From Candidatus Nanopusillus sp. (GTDB lineage Archaea > Nanobdellota > Nanobdellia > Nanobdellales > Nanobdellaceae), in NCBI GenBank assembly GCA_046536775.1, contig JAWDMD010000028.1, forward strand, positions 1-5,749: a DNA stretch of 5,749 nt, given 5' to 3'. Below, piece after piece: positions 1-4,293 of this stretch (its first letter is position 1; each line of letters opens with the position of its first letter). The translations under genes and the position numbers were made by a program. The notes beneath the pieces are model-generated. The model searched no databases, had not been told where the DNA came from, and saw only the letters and a list, made by a program, of their open reading frames with translations.

Positions 1-21
1 GATCATTAACCTTACATTCTT

Positions 22-93
22 TAGGCCCGCCGGGATTTGAACCCGGGACCTCCGGATAGTGGGTCCGGCATCATACCCCTAGACTACGGGCCT
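22..93 (-). tRNA. tRNA-Val(CAC)-like, 72 nt, CCA not encoded, non-canonical anticodon loop
   Basis: The reverse complement folds as a cloverleaf. Acceptor AGGCCCG/CGGGCCU has 7 bp (A1-U72) with discriminator A. D arm is GUCU-AGGGGUA-UGAU. Anticodon stem is CCGGA/UCCGG with the 7-nt loop CCCACUA (anticodon CAC = + strand GTG at 59-61). Variable loop is AGGUC. T arm is CCGGG-UUCAAAU-CCCGG. The overall sequence resembles archaeal tRNA-Val as I remember it (GGGCCCGUGGUCUAG...AGGUC...GGGUUCAA.UCCC). Loop positions 33 (C) and 37 (U) break the U33/purine-37 rule, so the isotype call is less certain than the tRNA call. Confidence 0.75.
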
Positions 94-94
94 T

Positions 95-119
95 AAAATA
101 TTTTTATAAAAAATATTTT
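95..119. promoter_or_regulatory. Perfect 11-bp inverted repeat (AAAATATTTTT-ATA-AAAAATATTTT); candidate bidirectional A/T-box promoter between the tRNA and the trm10-like gene
   Basis: 95-105 is the exact reverse complement of 109-119, with a 3-nt centre. It fills almost the whole 28-bp spacer between tRNA +1 (93, minus) and the ATG at 122 (plus). Each arm puts an A/T box about 16-27 nt upstream of the start on its own side. The background is so AT-rich that promoter function is inference. Confidence 0.35.
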
Positions 120-121
120 TT

Positions 122-880
122 ATGATATTAGAGAAAATTACTTCAAAATATATTAATTATATAACTGTAAGAAATTATGATAAGAGCAAAAGAGATATTG
201 GACAAGATTGTATTGTAAAATATTTATTAAATAAGAAAAAATTGTATGAAGATGATGGAGAACCTATATACAAAAATTTTATTGAAGTAAGATATAATAA
301 AAATGCAAAAAAAGAAATAGATATACCAAAAGAAAAAATATTAAAAGATATTGAAAATGAAAAGAAATTTTTAATAGATAATTCATTATATAATCTATTA
401 CCAAATAAAGGAAAGATTAGTTTAAAAATACAAATTTTCCAATCATTAAAAGTTATGAGAGAATATTTATTTGATAGTAATTTAATATTGATAGGGGATA
501 TTGCTTATTCTTTTTTAGGTAAAAATTTTGTAAATGTATATAAAAAACAAGAAGACTTCGATTTCTATAAATATAAAGCAGTAATATTAGATCCTTATGG
601 AGATAAAATATTAAATGATGATGATTTAAAGAAATATGATCTATTTATTTTGGGAGGAATTGTTGATGTTGATCTAAATTGGCAATATGCAACACAATAT
701 CTATTTAGAAATATTGATTTACCACATAAAAGAATAGAATTATATGGATCTATAAAGAATGTTCCAGATAGAATAAATATATTAATAAAGATTTTATTAG
801 ATTCTATCTATTTAAATATACCATTGGAAAAATCTATAATAGTTAATTCACCAAAAAAGTTTATTAAACATATTCAATAA
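122..880 (+). CDS. Probable Trm10-family SPOUT tRNA (purine-9 N1) methyltransferase, 252 aa
   Basis: Intact ORF. The C-terminal half reads AVILDPYGDKILNDDDLKKYDLFILGGIVDVD ... KNVPDRINILIKILLD ... SPKKF. From memory this lines up with the Trm10/TRMT10 SPOUT block (..YLTxDS..L.ELD....YIIGGLVD.., ..KVLTVNQVFEILL.., ..P.RK). The N-terminal ~140 aa are unrecognisable, which fits a divergent tRNA-binding domain. Tsr3 was considered as an alternative and fits less well: no NP..YG motif, and the domain order is wrong. Confidence 0.55.
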   Translation: MILEKITSKYINYITVRNYDKSKRDIGQDCIVKYLLNKKKLYEDDGEPIYKNFIEVRYNKNAKKEIDIPKEKILKDIENEKKFLIDNSLYNLLPNKGKISLKIQIFQSLKVMREYLFDSNLILIGDIAYSFLGKNFVNVYKKQEDFDFYKYKAVILDPYGDKILNDDDLKKYDLFILGGIVDVDLNWQYATQYLFRNIDLPHKRIELYGSIKNVPDRINILIKILLDSIYLNIPLEKSIIVNSPKKFIKHIQ

Positions 881-1691
881 CTTTATATAAACTTTCATAT
901 ACAGAACTTGGATGTTTTTCAAAATATTTACCCAAGTTTTTTCTTATCCTATCTATATCTTTCTTACTAATTGAATTTCTTAAACTATTAAAGTCTTCTT
1001 CACTAAATCCCTTATTTATTATTCCTTTAATTTTATCTTTATATTTCTTTTCATATTCTTCTAAATCTTTTATATCTCTTTCTTTATATCTTAAGAATTT
1101 ATAAAGTAAAGAGAATAATCCAAAATTATCAAAATATAATGCACGATCTAAACCACTTTTTTTAATAAACACATTTCCTGCTGTATCAATTGTTATATAT
1201 AATTTTAGACCATTTAACTCTACCTCTATATAATAATATATTCCATATAAGTTTGAAATTATTTTTTCTCCATTTAAACTTAATTTAAATCCATAAGTAT
1301 TGTTAGGTAAAAATTTATATTTATATCCTCCCTTTTCAAAATATTTTATTACGATATCTTTTTGTTCTTTGGTTCTTTGCTGATCTTTGCATATTATATC
1401 AATTACATTACTTACATCTTTTTCATCATAATCTAAAATCCTTGCTATTTCTATATTCCCAACCATAGAACAACCATTGGTAACTATATTATCTAGATTT
1501 ATACGCCCCTTTATTTCTTTAAAAGGTACCCTTGTTCTTTCTATTCCTTCATAAAACTCTGCATCAGATTGAGAAAGTATATATGGAAATTTTGAAAGTA
1601 TTGGAAGATAGTCTGCAGGATTTGCTAATTTATCAGCGTTATTTATTATATATTCAGCATCCCTCATTATTGATTCAAGATTGTTGGTCAT
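864..1691 (-). CDS. Hypothetical protein, 275 aa, no recognisable family
   Basis: Long ORF with the same K/I/N/Y-rich composition as its neighbours. The start is reset to the ATG at 1691-1689 (MTNNLESIMRDAEY...) because the 306-aa version in the track reads through tRNA-Gln. A TTATAAAA box (1722-1715 on the minus strand) lies about 27 nt upstream of this ATG. The 3' end overlaps the convergent trm10-like gene by 17 nt (864-880). Confidence 0.75.
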   Translation of the reverse strand: MTNNLESIMRDAEYIINNADKLANPADYLPILSKFPYILSQSDAEFYEGIERTRVPFKEIKGRINLDNIVTNGCSMVGNIEIARILDYDEKDVSNVIDIICKDQQRTKEQKDIVIKYFEKGGYKYKFLPNNTYGFKLSLNGEKIISNLYGIYYYIEVELNGLKLYITIDTAGNVFIKKSGLDRALYFDNFGLFSLLYKFLRYKERDIKDLEEYEKKYKDKIKGIINKGFSEEDFNSLRNSISKKDIDRIRKNLGKYFEKHPSSVYESLYKVIEYV

Positions 1692-1725
1692 TAAAAAAAT
1701 CGGTAGATAATTATTTTTATAAGAA

Positions 1726-1798
1726 TAGCCCCGCGGGGATTCGAACCCCGGTCTCAGGGACCAGAGCCCTGAATCCTGGGCCACTAGACGACGGGGCT
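1726..1798 (-). tRNA. tRNA-Gln(CUG), 73 nt, CCA not encoded
   Basis: The reverse complement is AGCCCCG-UC-GUCU-AGUGGCCCA-GGAU-U-CAGGG-CUCUGGU-CCCUG-AGAC-CGGGG-UUCGAAU-CCCCG-CGGGGCU-A. It has a canonical loop with U33 and G37 and anticodon CUG (+ strand CAG at 1762-1764). The A1-U72 pair and the AGCCC start are typical of archaeal tRNA-Gln. Confidence 0.93.
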
Positions 1799-1847
1799 TT
1801 CCTAAATATAAATTTTTAAAGATAAAAATATATAGATTTATCCATAA
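1799..1847. promoter_or_regulatory. 49-bp divergent intergenic region with A/T boxes for tRNA-Gln (-) and the SpeH-like gene (+)
   Basis: On the minus strand, TTTTTATC (1828-1821) sits at about -30..-23 from tRNA +1 (1798). On the plus strand, TTTTAAAG (1814-1821) is centred about 30 nt before the ATG at 1848. Only the spacing is supportive; the region is almost pure A/T. Confidence 0.3.
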
Positions 1848-2255
1848 ATGAACAAGGAATATAAAAGAATATCCATTAAGGACGTAAAGAGATTAATAGC
1901 CATAGTAAAGATAAATAAAAACGAAAATTTTATAGATATTATTAGAGAATTTTCTAATGATTTTGCAAAAATTTTAAATAGTAGATTATTATATTATAAA
2001 ATTTATCTATTTCCAGCAGATTTTGAAGGAAATAAGGATATAACATTTACTGGAATTTTAGCAACATCTCACATAGTAATAAGTAGCTATACTGAGGAAG
2101 ATGGAACTTATATAGATATAGATGCTGCATGGTGTAGTGGAGAAAACTTAAATAAAGAAAAATTAGGAGAATTACTTAAAAAATATTTTAAAGATTATGA
2201 AATAAAATCATTTAAGATATATAATTATCTAGGTGAGGAAAGCCTTCTCAGCTGA
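1848..2255 (+). CDS. Divergent SpeH/AdoMetDC-fold (pyruvoyl-dependent decarboxylase family) protein, 135 aa
   Basis: ITFTGILATSHIVISSYTEEDGTYIDIDAAWCSGENLNKEKLGELLKKY aligns with the core of the small prokaryotic AdoMetDC (Thermotoga SpeH, recalled as [47 protein letters not shown]). The Ser-His of the self-cleavage site is kept (S74-H75) and the C(S)GE cysteine is kept. Size is 135 vs ~130 aa, and the spacing from the N-terminus to the SH motif matches. The Glu before the Ser and the His of the HTWPE motif are replaced (T73, S79). Confidence 0.55.
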   Translation: MNKEYKRISIKDVKRLIAIVKINKNENFIDIIREFSNDFAKILNSRLLYYKIYLFPADFEGNKDITFTGILATSHIVISSYTEEDGTYIDIDAAWCSGENLNKEKLGELLKKYFKDYEIKSFKIYNYLGEESLLS

Positions 2256-2286
2256 TAAATGATGATTGCCAAGTTCACTGATAGAT
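2227..2286 (+). ncRNA. Archaeal box C/D sRNA (dual guide, 12-nt spacers), overlapping the last 9 codons and the stop of the upstream CDS
   Basis: Layout: AUCUA (2227-2231), G, C box GUGAGGA (2233-2239, 6/7 to RUGAUGA), 12 nt AAGCCUUCUCAG (2240-2251), D' box CUGA (2252-2255), UAA, C' box AUGAUGA (2259-2265), 12 nt UUGCCAAGUUCA (2266-2277), D box CUGA (2278-2281), UAGAU (2282-2286). The two flanks form a perfect 5-bp terminal stem. Exactly 3 nt (G2232, G2233, U2234) lie between the stem and the tandem G.A/A.G pairs, which is canonical K-turn geometry. The D'-3 nt-C' arrangement gives the internal K-loop. Both guides look complementary to neighbouring conserved LSU rRNA segments (see finding). 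Confidence 0.82.
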
Positions 2287-2293
2287 TTATAAT
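2286..2293 (+). promoter_or_regulatory. TATA-like box TTTATAAT upstream of taw1
   Basis: It is centred about 27 nt upstream of the taw1 ATG (2317), immediately after the sRNA 3' stem. No Shine-Dalgarno-like motif lies in between, which is consistent with a leaderless transcript. AT-rich background, so support is weak. Confidence 0.35.
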
Positions 2294-2316
2294 GGTGTTA
2301 TATAATATATTATTCG

Positions 2317-3345
2317 ATGAATGAAGATAATGAAAAATGGAAGGTACATGACTTAAAGAATTCGAAACAATTAGAGAAGGCAGGATATAGGGTTTATAAT
2401 CATTCTGCTGTTGAGATTTGTCATTGGACAAAAGAATCAATTATAAATGGAAGAACATGTTATAAAAATAAATTCTATGGAATAGATACTGCAGGATGCA
2501 TGGAAATGACTGAATCTGTTGTTTGGTGCACAAATAGATGTATATTTTGCTGGAGACCAAATACAAAATTTGAACCTTATTATAATATATTACCAGAAGA
2601 TAAAGTAGATAGACCTGAAGAAATAATGGAGAAATTAAGAGAATTAAGAAAGAAATTATTAATTGGATATTATGGAAATTCAAAAGCAAATAAAGAATTA
2701 TTAGATAAATTTGTTGATAAACCAACACATGTTACATTCTCATTATCTGGAGAACCATTATTATACCCATATGTTGCAGAGAGTATATTATATATTAAGA
2801 AAAATTGGCCATGGATAAAATCAATATTTATAGTAACATCTGGACAAGTCCCAGAAGCATTGGAGAGATTGGTTGAAAAGAATGCATTACCAACACAATT
2901 ATATATATCATTTACAGCTCCAAATGAAGAAATGTACAAAAAAATATCCGTACCTATATATAAAGATTATTGGAAAAAATTTCTAGAATCACTAGAAATT
3001 GCATCAAAAATGAAAACAAGGAGAGTCGCAAGAATAACATTAATTAAAGGAATAAATGATGATCCAAAATATTTTGATGAGTGGTCTAAATTAATTGAAT
3101 TATATAATCCTCATTTTGTAGAGGTAAAATCCTATTCATTTTTAGGATATTCAAGATCAAGATTAGAATATGAGAATGTTCCAAGTATGGAAGATATAAG
3201 AAATTTTGCAAAGGGATTGGTAGAAAAATTACCTGGTTATGAAATATCTAAAGAAGATATCGATTCAAGAATTGTATTAATAAAAAATAGAAGGCAAGGA
3301 ATGGATATAGACCCTATAATAAGGAACGTAGAACCTAATGTGTAA
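2317..3345 (+). CDS. taw1: Taw1/TYW1, tRNA 4-demethylwyosine (imG-14) synthase, radical SAM, 342 aa
   Basis: The radical-SAM CxxxCxxC motif is present (C71-TNR-C75-IF-C78-WR). Three upstream Cys (C35 in ICHWTK, C48 in TCYKNKFYGI, C61 in AGCME) have the same 13/13/10 spacing as the auxiliary-cluster cysteines of the Methanocaldococcus Taw1 I recall. Further family motifs are present: SLSGEPLLYPY, PTQLYISF, ITLIKGIND, FVEVKSY. There is no flavodoxin domain, as expected for the archaeal form. Confidence 0.92.
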   Translation: MNEDNEKWKVHDLKNSKQLEKAGYRVYNHSAVEICHWTKESIINGRTCYKNKFYGIDTAGCMEMTESVVWCTNRCIFCWRPNTKFEPYYNILPEDKVDRPEEIMEKLRELRKKLLIGYYGNSKANKELLDKFVDKPTHVTFSLSGEPLLYPYVAESILYIKKNWPWIKSIFIVTSGQVPEALERLVEKNALPTQLYISFTAPNEEMYKKISVPIYKDYWKKFLESLEIASKMKTRRVARITLIKGINDDPKYFDEWSKLIELYNPHFVEVKSYSFLGYSRSRLEYENVPSMEDIRNFAKGLVEKLPGYEISKEDIDSRIVLIKNRRQGMDIDPIIRNVEPNV

Positions 3346-3471
3346 TTATTTTAATCTATAAAGTGAAACTACCCTACCAAACTTCTTAATTGCTGCCCAG
3401 AAAGGTGGTCTCATAATTTTTTTTGATTCCCTGATTTTTCTTATTTTAACATTATAGTTGTTGAATACCAT
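3346..3471 (-). CDS. rpl39e: 41-aa basic protein, probable ribosomal protein eL39 (short C-terminus); not in the supplied ORF track
   Basis: Hand translation of the minus strand from the ATG at 3471-3469 to the TAA at 3348-3346 gives MVFNNYNVKIRKIRESKKIMRPPFWAAIKKFGRVVSLYRLK. The block KKIMRPPFWAAIKKFGRV aligns without gaps to archaeal L39e KQNRRVPLFVIVKTRGRV (recalled), with K, R, P, K, G, R and V identical. TTTTAAAA (3501-3494 on the minus strand) is centred about 26 nt upstream of the ATG. It is the GC-richest stretch of an otherwise unassigned 156-bp gap. Confidence 0.55.
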   Translation of the reverse strand: MVFNNYNVKIRKIRESKKIMRPPFWAAIKKFGRVVSLYRLK

Positions 3472-3501
3472 TATAATTCCTTAAATAGAAAAATTTTAAA
3501 A

Positions 3502-4293
3502 TTATAATAAAAAGAAAAAGCCTACAGATATAGCCGTCAAAACTATGCTATGAATTATACCAGACTTTATAGTCCCCCTTGCAAGTTTCCCAATAACTAA
3601 ACCTGTAAAAATTGCATTAATCAATAATAGTAAAAAAGATAAGAACCTATATGTATTTATTAATTCATAATATGTTTCTTTATTAAATGAAAAACCCAAA
3701 GATTTTATATTAATTATTAAATAATATACTGCAATAATTGATAATAGAACTCCAAGATATAATCCATAATATGTATAAGTAGTAAGTTTTAGTTGAGACA
3801 ACCTGTCTTTTTTAATCATTTCTAAATTTCTTATACTTTCTGATAATGTATCTAGCAAGTTACTTAAATCTCCACCACTTTTTAAAACATTATTTATGTT
3901 TGATAAAACTTCGGATATTTCCAAATTATTTATCTTTTTTGAAGAATCATTTAATGCATCATAGAAAGTTTTTCCATATTCCATTTCAGAAATTATATAT
4001 CTAATTTCTCTATTTAATCTCTTTCCATAATAATTATTTGATACACTCTTTAAAGCAATGGGTAATGGTTGTCCTATTTTTAAATAATGAGATAGATCTC
4101 TTAAAAATAATGGAAAATTGTTTACCATCTCTTCATATTCTAAATATTCTTGAAGATATTTTAATGAATAAATTAAATATAATAATACAATTATTCCAAT
4201 TTTAACAAATATATTAACATTTATTGGCAAAAATATAAAGAATATTGAAAAAATAGTTATTAAAGATATATATAGTATATCTTTTTTATTCAT
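3502..4293 (-). CDS. Type II secretion system F-domain membrane protein (TadC/FlaJ/PilC family, single domain), 263 aa
   Basis: An N-terminal hydrophobic segment is followed by a soluble block typical of the T2SS-F domain: FPLFLRDLSHYLKIGQPLPIALKSV...REIRYIISEMEYGKTFYDAL...VLKSGGDLSNLLDTLSESI. Hydrophobic helices follow at the C-terminus. The ATG (4293-4291) directly follows the ppsA stop codon (4296-4294). Confidence 0.75.
   Translation of the reverse strand: MNKKDILYISLITIFSIFFIFLPINVNIFVKIGIIVLLYLIYSLKYLQEYLEYEEMVNNFPLFLRDLSHYLKIGQPLPIALKSVSNNYYGKRLNREIRYIISEMEYGKTFYDALNDSSKKINNLEISEVLSNINNVLKSGGDLSNLLDTLSESIRNLEMIKKDRLSQLKLTTYTYYGLYLGVLLSIIAVYYLIINIKSLGFSFNKETYYELINTYRFLSFLLLLINAIFTGLVIGKLARGTIKSGIIHSIVLTAISVGFFFLL

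Noticed and set aside
615-624. Other ATGATGA (C-box-like) strings: here, at 3056-3062, on the minus strand near 1423-1429 and 5650-5660, and at the right window edge.
   Set aside because: None has a CUGA at the 12-nt spacing, a partner C'/D' pair or a terminal stem. They encode Asp-Asp runs within genes.
1752-1757. tRNA-Gln (CCCUGAGACCGG) as a target of the sRNA D' guide.
   Set aside because: Only 6 contiguous base pairs (CUGAGA) are possible. That is too short for a box C/D guide duplex, and the LSU rRNA match is better.
1692-1784. The N-terminal 31 residues of the 306-aa ORF in the track (MAQDSGLWSLRPGFESPRGYSY...).
   Set aside because: This part is simply the tRNA-Gln gene read as protein; it is GC-rich and has no stops. 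The real start is the ATG at 1691, downstream of the tRNA.
1532-1819. 95-aa plus-strand ORF.
   Set aside because: It lies antisense to the hypothetical gene and runs through the complement of tRNA-Gln (..AGIRTPVSGTRALNPGPLDDG..). Its composition is low-complexity and it has no motif.
2231-2239. Shine-Dalgarno-like AGGTGAGGA near the end of the SpeH-like gene.
   Set aside because: It is about 20 nt from the nearest ATG (2259) and 78 nt from the taw1 ATG, too far to act as a ribosome-binding site. It is the C box and K-turn bulge of the sRNA.
2259-2324. 21-aa mini-ORF (MMIAKFTDRFIMVLYNILFDE) starting at a tandem ATGATG and overlapping the taw1 ATG; possible upstream ORF.
   Set aside because: The ATGATGA is better explained as the C' box of the C/D sRNA. 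There is no ribosome-binding signal or recognisable peptide. Not excluded, but there is no positive evidence.
2225-2939. Three minus-strand ORFs (2225-2440, 2441-2728, 2670-2939).
   Set aside because: All are antisense to the strongly supported taw1 gene (the first also to the sRNA/intergenic region). They are Leu/Ile/Tyr-rich shadow frames typical of AT-rich DNA.
3412-3414. Internal ATG (M20) as an alternative start of the small eL39-like ORF.
   Set aside because: It would give only 22 aa and remove the K/R-rich N-terminal part that aligns with L39e. The upstream ATG at 3471 has the A/T box at about -26.
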